From NCBI GenBank assembly GCA_028279745.1, contig JANQNC010000001.1:540001-572000 (forward strand): a stretch of 32,000 nt of DNA, written 5' to 3'. Position numbers and translations under genes: made by a program. The notes under the pieces are model-generated. The model saw only the letters and a program-made list of their open reading frames with translations, did no database searches and was not told the origin of the DNA. Position 1 is the stretch's first letter, and every line of letters starts with the position of its first letter. Below are positions 23,781-31,953 of the stretch, in pieces. The stretch is from Candidatus Nanoarchaeia archaeon (GTDB taxonomy: Archaea > Nanobdellota > Nanobdellia > Woesearchaeales > JANQNC01).

Positions 23781-25487
23781 TCATCTAATGTAAGCCTTGC
23801 TTACATACTGCAGAACCATTCTTCTAGTCGTAAAGAAAGAACCATTAAACGCAATAGCATTCTTCATAATATGAATCCATTCATCACGTCTACTGTAGTA
23901 AGTAGGCAAAATAACATATTCTAACTTACTGTAAATGTCTTTAGCATCTTCATCATCAACGTTAGCATCTGCATCAAGACTAACTTCAGTTGGCTTATGA
24001 CCTATACCCCAACCAGTAATGTTTTCAGCATGGCCTTCAATCCACCAACCATCTAAAACTGAAAAGTTAGGGACTCCATTGTGAGCAGCTTTCATTCCTG
24101 ATGTTCCAGAAGCTTCTCTTGGTCGCATAGGTGTGTTAAGCCAGACGTCCACACCAGATACCATCAACTTTGCCAAGTCCATATCATACCCTTCTAAGAA
24201 TACAACTTTAACTTCACCACCTAGTTCTTTAGCTACATCATAAATCCGTTTAATATTATCTTTACCTTCACCATCGTTAGGGTGAGCTTTACCAGCGAAA
24301 ACAATCTGGATGTTGCCTGCGTTTTTGACAACTTCTCTTAATCTTTTCAAATCATGGAAAATTAAGTGAGCCCTTTTGTAGCCTGTAGCTCTTCTAGCAA
24401 AACCAATAGTGAAAATTTCAGGATCATAATCAATGTCTGTTTTTTCCTTGATAACTTGGAATAATCTTCTTTTAGCATTTTGGTGAGCTTCCCAAATCTC
24501 GTTGCTTGGAATAACAACAGCACTTCTTAGGTTGAATGGGTCTACTCTCCAGTCCTCCAAATGTTTGTCGAAAACTTCGGCTAGCTCATCACAAGTCCAA
24601 GTGTTACTATGGATACCGTTAGTTATAGCTCTAATGTTATAACCAGGGAACATGTTTTTAGAAACTACTGAGTGTTTCTTTGCAACAGCATTTGAGAATC
24701 CAGATAAGTTTAATGCAAGTTGAGTTGTGTTTAACTCACTATCTCCTGCGTATTTTTTTATTAAGTCAATCGGGAAATTTTCAGTATCAATTATAGATTG
24801 CACAAGATTGTAGTCAAACTTATCATGACCTGCAGCAACAGGTGTGTGAGTTGTGAAAACACAAACATCCTTTACAAGTTCTTCGTTGTTGTCAGAATCT
24901 TTTAGAAGTTCTAAAGTTAGTAAAGAAGCATGACCCTCATTCATATGGAACTTTTCTAATTTGTCAAAACCTAAAGATTCAACAAGTCTAACCCCTCCAA
25001 TACCAAGAATAATTTCTTGTTTAAGCCTGTAGGATCTATCTCCACCATAAAGTCTCTTGGTTAACTGTCTGTCTTGTTCCTCATTGCCTTCAACATCCGC
25101 ATCCAGCAAGAAAACAGGAATAATTCCACCATTAACACTTTCTATCTCATATCTCCAAGCTTTAAGTTTAACATCTCTGCCTTCAATCTTTACAGACACG
25201 TCATTTGGCATCAGTTCCATAAAATCAGCAGGATTCCATTTACTAGGTTGTTCTGACTGATTTCCATCAGGATCAACACTTTGATCAAAGTAACCTTCTG
25301 CGTGAAGCAGGGATACTGCAACTAACGGCAGTTTAAGATCTGCAGCAGCTCTTAACGTGTCTCCAGCAAGAACTCCTAAACCACCAGAATATGTAGGAAT
25401 ATCAGATTGTAAAGCAATTTCCATAGAAAAATACGCAATCCTAGGATGAGTTGGTTCTATAACTTCCTCAATCTTCTTCAATTCCAT
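23781..25487 (-). CDS. glgP: Alpha-glucan phosphorylase (GT35, short GlgP-type)
   Basis: AYFSMEIAL...PTYSGGLGVLAGD, and EASGTSGMKAAHNG (the PLP lysine context). GAGGTGA lies upstream of the ATG. Confidence 0.95.
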   Translation of the reverse strand: MELKKIEEVIEPTHPRIAYFSMEIALQSDIPTYSGGLGVLAGDTLRAAADLKLPLVAVSLLHAEGYFDQSVDPDGNQSEQPSKWNPADFMELMPNDVSVKIEGRDVKLKAWRYEIESVNGGIIPVFLLDADVEGNEEQDRQLTKRLYGGDRSYRLKQEIILGIGGVRLVESLGFDKLEKFHMNEGHASLLTLELLKDSDNNEELVKDVCVFTTHTPVAAGHDKFDYNLVQSIIDTENFPIDLIKKYAGDSELNTTQLALNLSGFSNAVAKKHSVVSKNMFPGYNIRAITNGIHSNTWTCDELAEVFDKHLEDWRVDPFNLRSAVVIPSNEIWEAHQNAKRRLFQVIKEKTDIDYDPEIFTIGFARRATGYKRAHLIFHDLKRLREVVKNAGNIQIVFAGKAHPNDGEGKDNIKRIYDVAKELGGEVKVVFLEGYDMDLAKLMVSGVDVWLNTPMRPREASGTSGMKAAHNGVPNFSVLDGWWIEGHAENITGWGIGHKPTEVSLDADANVDDEDAKDIYSKLEYVILPTYYSRRDEWIHIMKNAIAFNGSFFTTRRMVLQYVSKAYIR

Positions 25488-25601
25488 CTTTCACCTCTTT
25501 TTGATATATAATTCGCATATTGATTTTATAAATCTTTCTGAAGTTATGAAACTGCAAAAAACGTCCGATTATTTTATATATCTCTTCATTAACATATTAG
25601 T

Positions 25602-25847
25602 ATGGATAAGAAGGAAGAGCTTGTTATCAAACTTTTTGATGAATTAGAGAAGAATAAAGATATTGTAACTAGTCAAGAAGTTGTATTCATCATGAATAAT
25701 CATAAGCCAGATCATTTCAAAGATCAGGAAGAATGTGATAACACACTGGCAAAATTGATTTCTAAAGGGAAAATTAAAAAGAAATTTCTTATTGAAGACA
25801 AGACTTGTCCTTTTAATTTAAAATTAAAAGAAGCGATGAAGAACTAG
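25602..25847 (+). CDS. Hypothetical small protein (possibly winged-helix-like)
   Basis: An 81-aa ORF with TTTTATATA centred 26 nt upstream of the ATG. I recognise no motif. LAKLISKGKIKKK is faintly wHTH-like. Confidence 0.35.
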   Translation: MDKKEELVIKLFDELEKNKDIVTSQEVVFIMNNHKPDHFKDQEECDNTLAKLISKGKIKKKFLIEDKTCPFNLKLKEAMKN

Positions 25848-25895
25848 TCCAGGGTAATTTATTAACCCAAACCTATATAAACCAATTACTTATTC

Positions 25896-26948
25896 ATGTT
25901 TGGCATGAAGCTTAACGAAAATTTGAAACAAAAATTCATGGAAGGAGAGAACTTTCCAAGAATAATCGCACAAGATGAGACAAAGCAACAAGTAAAATCC
26001 GCACTTTCTGTAGGAAGACACATAATCATAGTGGGACCGCCAGGTATTGGCAAAACTACTTTAGCAAGAAACGTTTCTAAAATCCTACCAGATGCAGAAG
26101 TTGTGAAAGGGTGCCAGTACCATTGCACACCAGACAACCCAATCTGCCCAGAATGCAAAAAAGAAGTCAAAGAAAAAGAGACAATCAAAGGAGAACAAAG
26201 ATTCATAAGAATACAAGGAAGCCCAGACCTAACAGTAGAGGATCTGATGGGAGATATAGACCCAACAAAAGCGCTACAATATGGACCGTTAAGCATAGAA
26301 GCATTCACACCAGGAAAAATATTCAAAGCAAACAATGGCATATTATTCTTTGACGAAATAAACAGATGTCCTGAGAAACTACAGAATGCATTACTGCAAG
26401 TGTTACAAGAAGGGACCGCAACAATAGGAAGCTACGAAATAGAGATTCCCGCAAATTTCATCTTCATAGGAACAATGAATCCAGAGGATTATTCAGCAAC
26501 AGAACAGATGAGTGAAGTGTTTATGGACAGATTTGATGTTGTATATATGACCCACCCAGAAACAATAGACGCAGAAAAACAGATAGTGATGGAAAGATCA
26601 GAAAAAATAGAAAACATAAACTTCCCAGAAGAGCTATTAGCAGTTTCTACATTATTTGTTAGAAGGTTAAGAGATAATAAAGACATAGAAAAAAAACCAT
26701 CAGTAAGAGCGACAATAGGACTGTATGAAAGAGCACAAGCAAATGCAATGTTAAGAGGAAGCGACAAAGTAGAGTTAGAAGACATCAAAAATGCAGTAAT
26801 CTCTGTAATCTCACATAGAATAAAACTAAAGCCGTCAGTGAAGTATCTACAAACAACAACTGAATTCATCAATGAAGAGCTAAATGAATTTCTTAACAGC
26901 AACGAAGCACAAAGACTGATGGAAGGTAAAGAATCAGAATTGGGGTAA
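25896..26948 (+). CDS. ChlI/BchI-like (MoxR-related) AAA+ ATPase
   Basis: Walker A GPPGIGKT, Walker B ILFFDEIN, GTMNPED and MDRFD, plus a four-Cys insert GCQYHCTPDNPICPEC after the P-loop segment. The start may be the fourth-codon ATG at 25905. Confidence 0.85.
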   Translation: MFGMKLNENLKQKFMEGENFPRIIAQDETKQQVKSALSVGRHIIIVGPPGIGKTTLARNVSKILPDAEVVKGCQYHCTPDNPICPECKKEVKEKETIKGEQRFIRIQGSPDLTVEDLMGDIDPTKALQYGPLSIEAFTPGKIFKANNGILFFDEINRCPEKLQNALLQVLQEGTATIGSYEIEIPANFIFIGTMNPEDYSATEQMSEVFMDRFDVVYMTHPETIDAEKQIVMERSEKIENINFPEELLAVSTLFVRRLRDNKDIEKKPSVRATIGLYERAQANAMLRGSDKVELEDIKNAVISVISHRIKLKPSVKYLQTTTEFINEELNEFLNSNEAQRLMEGKESELG

Positions 26949-27055
26949 CACCAACTGAAGAAGAACAGGTAGACGTAGAAGAATTCTCAACAGCGGAAGC
27001 ACTATCAGGAAAAACAGAAAAACAGCTAGAGGAAGACAAACTGGCAAGTTCTGTA

Positions 27056-28135
27056 ATGCAAAATGATAAAGAAACAATAGATGACGGAAAAATAATCAAA
27101 GAAGCACTAAACCAATCAGTACACTCATTCACTCCCGATCTAATGATCGAGCAACACGTAAACAATTATTCACTAGCAGAAAATCTTTATGGGCCAAAAA
27201 TGTTAAGCGTATTATCAGGGTATGATGATAGCTACACAAAAAAGAACATAAACATACCAGAATTTCAGAGAGAGCTGAAAAAAAGAATCAATGAAAAACT
27301 AGATCAACTAAAAGCAAAAAAATTACTAGACAAAGATAACTCAATCAATTTACAAGGAATAAAATTGGCTGCTTTGACTATGTATACAGAAGAATTAGAT
27401 AAATTAACTGCAAAAGGAATCTCTGGCGAGAAGTATCACAAAAAAGCAAACATACATGGCGACAGACAAGATATCAAAAATTACAAAAAAGGAGACAGAT
27501 ACAGAGATATAGCAATCAAAAGATCCGCAAAAAAAGCAATAAGAAGAGGACACAAAAAGATACAAGAAGAAGACCTGCAAGTATTTGAAAAACAAAGCAA
27601 AGGACAGATCAACATAGTGCTGGGAGTTGATGCATCAGGCTCAATGAAAGGAAGCAAGATAGAGATGAGCAAAAAAGCAGGCATAGCATTAGCGTACAAA
27701 GCAATACAAGAAAAAGACAAGGTAGGATTAGTGGTGTTTGGGACTGAAGTCAAAGATATGGTAGAGCCAACTCAGGACTTCATGAAACTAATAACAACAA
27801 TAACAAAAGCAAAAGCAAGCAAGGAAACAAACTTATCAGGAAGCATAGAGAAATCAATAGAGCTATTCCCACCACGAAATGAAACAAAACATTTAACAAT
27901 AATAACTGACGCATTACCTACAACAGGAAAAGATCCACAAAAAGAGACACTAGATGCAGTAGGAAAAGCAAAAGCCGCAGGAATAACAACCTCACTAGTT
28001 GGGATAAATTTGGATGACAAAGGAGTTGAGTTAGCGAAAAGAATGGTGGAAATAGGTGAAGGCAAATTTCACGTAGCAAAAGATCTAGATGACGTAGATC
28101 AAATCGTGCTGGAGGATTACTATGACGTCAAGTAA
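27056..28135 (+). CDS. von Willebrand factor A (vWA) domain protein, ChlD C-terminal-like
   Basis: MIDAS motif VLGVDASGSMKG begins near residue 190 and is followed by LVVFG and IITDALPTTG. The N-terminal half is helical and Lys-rich. Confidence 0.85.
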   Translation: MQNDKETIDDGKIIKEALNQSVHSFTPDLMIEQHVNNYSLAENLYGPKMLSVLSGYDDSYTKKNINIPEFQRELKKRINEKLDQLKAKKLLDKDNSINLQGIKLAALTMYTEELDKLTAKGISGEKYHKKANIHGDRQDIKNYKKGDRYRDIAIKRSAKKAIRRGHKKIQEEDLQVFEKQSKGQINIVLGVDASGSMKGSKIEMSKKAGIALAYKAIQEKDKVGLVVFGTEVKDMVEPTQDFMKLITTITKAKASKETNLSGSIEKSIELFPPRNETKHLTIITDALPTTGKDPQKETLDAVGKAKAAGITTSLVGINLDDKGVELAKRMVEIGEGKFHVAKDLDDVDQIVLEDYYDVK

Positions 28136-28604
28136 ACATTTGATAAGAAGCATTATCATAATTGCAATTCTTGGAATTTTAGTCTATGCACTTGTTTTAG
28201 GTGTTATGGACATAGGTAAAGTAAAAAAGTTAGAAACACAAGAAGTAGTAATAATTACTAGTGCAGGTAATGTAAGTGTTACAGCAGAGATAGCAGATGA
28301 TACACAAGAAAGAATGAAAGGATTGATGCACAGAAAAAAAATGGGAGAAGATGAAGGGATGCTATTCATATTTCCAGGAGAGCAACCACTTGCATTCTGG
28401 ATGAAAAATACATTAATACCTTTAGACATGTTATTTATAGATTCTGAAGGAGTGATAGTTGACATAAAACAATACGTTCAACCATGTAAAGAAGATCCTT
28501 GTCCAAGCTATCCCGCAAAAGAAAAAGGAAAATATGTACTAGAAGTAAATGCAGGCTTTACAGAAGAACACAATATAGATGAAGGAGACAAACTAATCAT
28601 TTAA
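28122..28604 (+). CDS. DUF192 (COG1430) family protein with N-terminal TM anchor
   Basis: VTAEIADDTQERMKGLMHRKKMGEDEGMLFIFPGEQPLAFWMKNTLIPLDMLFID fits the DUF192 pattern. It overlaps the vWA gene by 14 nt, and GGAGGA lies 5 nt upstream. Confidence 0.8.
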   Translation: MTSSKHLIRSIIIIAILGILVYALVLGVMDIGKVKKLETQEVVIITSAGNVSVTAEIADDTQERMKGLMHRKKMGEDEGMLFIFPGEQPLAFWMKNTLIPLDMLFIDSEGVIVDIKQYVQPCKEDPCPSYPAKEKGKYVLEVNAGFTEEHNIDEGDKLII

Positions 28605-29024
28605 CTCTTCAATCAACAATTCTTTATGCATCCTTTCTTCATACGACAGATGCAACAGCACATCTTTAGTTTTCTTATCTTCAATAAGTTCACTAAGCTT
28701 AAGATAAAACAGCTCTGAAGATGCCTCGTGCTTTACTGCAAACTTGATCATATCTTTGACACTCTTAAAATCTTCAGTATGAACATGCTTAGTTATTTCA
28801 GAAACATCAATACCTACAAGATCCTCCGGAAGGATATTAACATTCATCTCCGCCAAATATAATTCTTCTAATTTTTTCTTATGCCCTTTCTCTTGTTCAG
28901 ACAGTTTTAGAAATCTTTCCTTAACTTCTTTATTAGTTGACTTTTCAGCAAGCTTCTGATAAAAAACATAAAAATATTCTTCATCACTTATCGCAATCCT
29001 AAAAATTCTTTTTAGCTTATCCAT
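28593..29024 (-). CDS. Ferritin-like / rubrerythrin-domain diiron protein (no rubredoxin domain)
   Basis: Two E-x-x-H motifs (EKGH and ERMH), each preceded by a helix carrying Glu. The size fits a four-helix bundle. The start is set at the ATG at 29024. Confidence 0.6.
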   Translation of the reverse strand: MDKLKRIFRIAISDEEYFYVFYQKLAEKSTNKEVKERFLKLSEQEKGHKKKLEELYLAEMNVNILPEDLVGIDVSEITKHVHTEDFKSVKDMIKFAVKHEASSELFYLKLSELIEDKKTKDVLLHLSYEERMHKELLIEELND

Positions 29025-29107
29025 AACATGTACCTCAACACACAATTACTTAAATATTACTATTTAAAAACAAAAGATTCAAAAAGAGTGAAATAATAAT
29101 ATTAAAA

Positions 29108-29704
29108 ATGAAAATATACACATTCACAGACTTACACTCAGACATTGAAACACTTCTGAAAATAAAGAAAAAAGCAAAAGCAGGAAAAGCAGAACTTATA
29201 CTGTGTGCAGGGGATGTGAGCATATTCGGATCAGAACTAAAAATAATAATGAAAGAGCTGAATAAGATAAATATTCCTGTATTAATCATACATGGCAATC
29301 ACGAAACAGTACAAGAGATGAATTCTGCCTGCAAAGGTTTGAAAAATATCAAATTCATACACAAGAAAGTTTACAAACACGGAAACTACAAAATAATAGG
29401 ATATGGTGGAGGAGGATTTGCATTCACAGACTCAACATTTGTAAAAACAATGAGAGCGATGAAAAGCAAAATAAAAAAGACAGACAAAGTAATACTTATG
29501 ACACATCAACCACCTTACGGTACAAAAACAGACAAGATCTACAACGATTATGCTGGAAACAAATCTTTCACATCATACATAAAGAAAGAACAACCAAAAA
29601 TAGCAATATGTGGACATTTACATGAGAACGAAGGCAAAAAAGACAAGATAGGCAGAACTCTAGTTCTAAACCCAGGATATCAGGGAGTATTGCTTGATGT
29701 ATAG
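29108..29704 (+). CDS. Calcineurin-like metallophosphoesterase
   Basis: FTDLHSD, CAGDVSIFG, IIHGNHE and CGHLHENEG. Confidence 0.85.
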   Translation: MKIYTFTDLHSDIETLLKIKKKAKAGKAELILCAGDVSIFGSELKIIMKELNKINIPVLIIHGNHETVQEMNSACKGLKNIKFIHKKVYKHGNYKIIGYGGGGFAFTDSTFVKTMRAMKSKIKKTDKVILMTHQPPYGTKTDKIYNDYAGNKSFTSYIKKEQPKIAICGHLHENEGKKDKIGRTLVLNPGYQGVLLDV

Positions 29705-29709
29705 AAACC

Positions 29710-29718
29710 TTTATAAAA
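29710..29718 (+). promoter_or_regulatory. TATA box upstream of the small secreted protein gene
   Basis: TTTATAAAA is centred 26 nt upstream of the ATG at 29740. Confidence 0.45.
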
Positions 29719-29739
29719 AATCAAATCAAAATTGACAAT

Positions 29740-30009
29740 ATGAAAAGAATAACATTAATCCTAACATTACTTTTGGCAATAACAATAGTTACAGCAGTAG
29801 AGTACAGAGGAATTAGATGTGGTGACACCGAAGACTGCGTAGAAAGATATGGGGAAGATTGGGTTTGTGTAACAGGACAAAACAACCACAACATATGCAT
29901 AGAAGCTGAAGGAAAGATGGTTGTGCCAGAATTCACAGGACCTGCACTATTCGTAATGATAGCAGTAGGAATAGGCGCATTATACATGCTTAAGAAAAAG
30001 AAAGGATAG
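29740..30009 (+). CDS. Small secreted 4-Cys protein with PEF-CTERM-like sorting signal
   Basis: Signal peptide MKRITLILTLLLAITIVTA, four Cys in about 27 residues, then VPEFTGPALFVMIAVGIGALYMLKKKKG at the extreme C-terminus. Confidence 0.6.
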   Translation: MKRITLILTLLLAITIVTAVEYRGIRCGDTEDCVERYGEDWVCVTGQNNHNICIEAEGKMVVPEFTGPALFVMIAVGIGALYMLKKKKG

Positions 30010-30016
30010 TTCTAAG

Positions 30017-30529
30017 ATGGAATTCAAAGAAGCGCTAGAAAAACTAGAGAATAGTCAAGAGATCAAAAAATTATCTGAAGAAAGTTATCTGGCTCATGGA
30101 TTCATAACACTAAACGAAAACATGGAACAGGCACAGCCATGGAATATAGGATACTACAACAAGAAAACAGACAAGATAGCAACATTCGCAGTAACAGAAC
30201 ACGTGATAGAAGAGTTGGGAGAAGAGGACGTGTTTAAGGAACCGGGAACAGAAGTTGATAAGTTAGATACCGACAAAGTTGGGAAAACACTTTCAGATGC
30301 TGTTGAGATAACGAAAAAGACAGTTGAGGAAAAATATAAAGCACAGATTCCAACAAAAGTACTTGTTTTGATACAGAATATCAAAGATGTAGGAATAGTG
30401 TGGAATGTAACAATAGTAACAAAACAGTTGAACACTTTGAATATTAAGATAGATGCTGAAACCGGCGAAATCAAAGAAGAGAAGCTGACAAGCCTATTAC
30501 AGTACAAAGATAAGAAGTATTCAGACTAG
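30017..30529 (+). CDS. Hypothetical protein (C-terminal part faintly PepSY-like)
   Basis: A 170-aa ORF 7 nt after the previous gene. VWNVTIVTKQLNTLNIKIDAETGEI resembles the PepSY beta-hairpin pattern, but I cannot confirm this. Confidence 0.45.
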   Translation: MEFKEALEKLENSQEIKKLSEESYLAHGFITLNENMEQAQPWNIGYYNKKTDKIATFAVTEHVIEELGEEDVFKEPGTEVDKLDTDKVGKTLSDAVEITKKTVEEKYKAQIPTKVLVLIQNIKDVGIVWNVTIVTKQLNTLNIKIDAETGEIKEEKLTSLLQYKDKKYSD

Positions 30530-30622
30530 AGTTTCCAAAAGTAGTTCTAAAAAACATATTTCAAAGATTAATATTCTTTAAATAGTAGCTCCCCCAGAAA
30601 AATAATAGGAGGGGTGATAGTA

Positions 30623-30706
30623 ATGAGGATGAATGAAGTAAATTACAAAGAAGCAAATAAAAACCAAAGCCTAGACCAATTCTTTAAAGAAAACAAAGAA
30701 GACTGA
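30623..30706 (+). CDS. Candidate 27-aa small ORF (MRMNEVNYKEANKNQSLDQFFKENKED)
   Basis: It is preceded by the longest anti-SD complement in the window (GGAGGGGTGAT, 30608-30618) 4 nt from the ATG, and by CTTTAAATA (30576-30584). It is too short to judge from composition. Confidence 0.3.
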   Translation: MRMNEVNYKEANKNQSLDQFFKENKED

Positions 30707-30718
30707 AATCATTTCAGT
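30702..30718. terminator. Perfect 8+8 inverted repeat spanning two convergent stop codons, followed by a T-run
   Basis: ACTGAAAT-C-ATTTCAGT. The small ORF's TGA (30704-30706) lies in the left arm and the gpmA stop (complement of 30709-30711) at the centre. TTTTTT follows on the plus strand, and a T-rich tract follows on the minus strand. Confidence 0.3.
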
Positions 30719-31389
30719 ATCTTTTTTGATTTAATTTCTCCCTTATTATTAACATTATAGACAATAGGAACACCAGTAGCAATCTCCAAATGAGGTATGT
30801 CTTTCTCAGAAATGTTCTCCAAATGCATAACAATAGACCTTAAGCTGTTTCCAGAAGCTACAATCAAAATATTTTTCCCATCTTTTAGTTTTGGAAGAAC
30901 TTTCTTTTTGAAAAAAGGCAAAGTTCTCTTAACTGTGTCTTTTAACGATTCGCCACCAGGCGGTCTTATGCTGTAACTTCTACGCCAGATATGAACTTGC
31001 TCTTTGCCAACTTTCTTCATAAGCTCTTTCTTGTTCAAGCCTTGCAAATCACCATAATACCTTTCGTTAAGAGCTTCATCAATATGGACGGGCAAGTCAC
31101 CATTTCCAAAATTAACGTGGTGACTCCAAGCTTTACCTCTGCCACCTCTATGCTGGATTATAGGAGTTAGATCTGACTTAAGATAGTCACATAATATGAC
31201 TAACGTTTCGATAGCTCTAATTAAGTAACCAGAATAAGCAACATCAAACTTGGTGTTGTTTAATAGAGTTCCTGCTCGTTTAGCTTCAGCTATACCTTTC
31301 TTACTTAATGGAATATCAACCCAGCCAGTAAACCTATTCTGAAGATTCCACCAGCTCTGACCATGACGAACTAAAACTAACTTAGACAT
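30709..31389 (-). CDS. gpmA: 2,3-bisphosphoglycerate-dependent phosphoglycerate mutase
   Basis: LVLVRHGQSWWNLQNRFTGWVDIPLSKKG (RHG catalytic His motif), ERYYGDLQG and VASGNSLR. GAGGT lies upstream of the ATG. Confidence 0.9.
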   Translation of the reverse strand: MSKLVLVRHGQSWWNLQNRFTGWVDIPLSKKGIAEAKRAGTLLNNTKFDVAYSGYLIRAIETLVILCDYLKSDLTPIIQHRGGRGKAWSHHVNFGNGDLPVHIDEALNERYYGDLQGLNKKELMKKVGKEQVHIWRRSYSIRPPGGESLKDTVKRTLPFFKKKVLPKLKDGKNILIVASGNSLRSIVMHLENISEKDIPHLEIATGVPIVYNVNNKGEIKSKKILK

Positions 31390-31488
31390 TTAATTTACCT
31401 CTTTTTACATATAAATAAGATTAAGAGTTTATAAAATTAATTGTAATTTAGAAAGAATTAGATTGTAAAAAATCACGAGGTCGTTTGG

Positions 31489-31953
31489 TTAGTTGCATAG
31501 CAGTTTGGTTTTAGTGTATGAGATAGTGAATTTTTTTTCACCGATGGATCCTTCAATGTTTAATAAGTCGTCTTCTTCAGGATAATATTGGGCGTAATTT
31601 CCATCGCTAGTGCTAACTTTAACAGAGTTGTTAGTATCTCTGCTTAGTTCAATCGCGTCATAACGTTCTCTAATTTTAACATCCCCCACATTGACAGATT
31701 CTTCACAACTATTTTCAATTTCAATTATTCCTCCATTGCAGTTGTTTATTCTTAGTGTTAAACAAGATGTTTCTGGTTCAATTTTGAGATCTTTGATCAT
31801 TGCTTTACCTGAACAACCACCATAGCCGAAGTTAAGACCGCACCCAGGCACCATAAGTCCTAAAATAAACCCTCTGACCAGAAGAAACAATACTAACAAA
31901 ATAACAAAGGCAATAATCACTACTTTTACCATCTTACGTGAAGGTCTAACCAT
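31489..31953 (-). CDS. Hypothetical membrane-anchored or lipobox-like Cys-rich secreted protein
   Basis: An N-terminal hydrophobic helix is followed by MVPGCGLNFGYGGCSG and further Cys residues. A TATA-like box lies about 27 nt upstream of the ATG at 31953. Confidence 0.5.
   Translation of the reverse strand: MVRPSRKMVKVVIIAFVILLVLFLLVRGFILGLMVPGCGLNFGYGGCSGKAMIKDLKIEPETSCLTLRINNCNGGIIEIENSCEESVNVGDVKIRERYDAIELSRDTNNSVKVSTSDGNYAQYYPEEDDLLNIEGSIGEKKFTISYTKTKLLCN

Noticed and set aside
25503-25582. Inverted 8-mers GATATATA (25503-25510) and TATATATC (25575-25582) in the glgP/25602 divergent spacer.
   Set aside because: Both are low-complexity TATA-like sequence. The left copy is too close to the glgP SD to be its TATA box (TTTATAAAA on the minus strand at 25525-25533 fits better), so the symmetry is probably coincidental.
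26927-26948. A programmed -1 frameshift joining the AAA+ gene to the open acidic frame ahead of the vWA gene.
   Set aside because: The shift would have to occur within 15 nt (a gaa tca gaa ttg ggg taa), and I see no X-XXY-YYZ slippery heptamer or obvious downstream structure. An indel or an ancestral split is more plausible.
25896-28135. The AAA+/vWA pair as a MoxR-vWA ternary conflict system.
   Set aside because: The ATPase looks ChlI/BchI-like rather than classical MoxR. No third gene with a recognisable effector domain (protease, nuclease, TIR and so on) is adjacent; the coupled gene is DUF192. It is kept as an orphan module in the findings instead.
30589-30615. A possible SD-sequestering hairpin (CTCCCCC upstream pairing with GGAGGGG of the small ORF's RBS).
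   Set aside because: In antiparallel register only about 4 G-C pairs form (CCCC with GGGG). That is too weak to argue for a regulatory structure.
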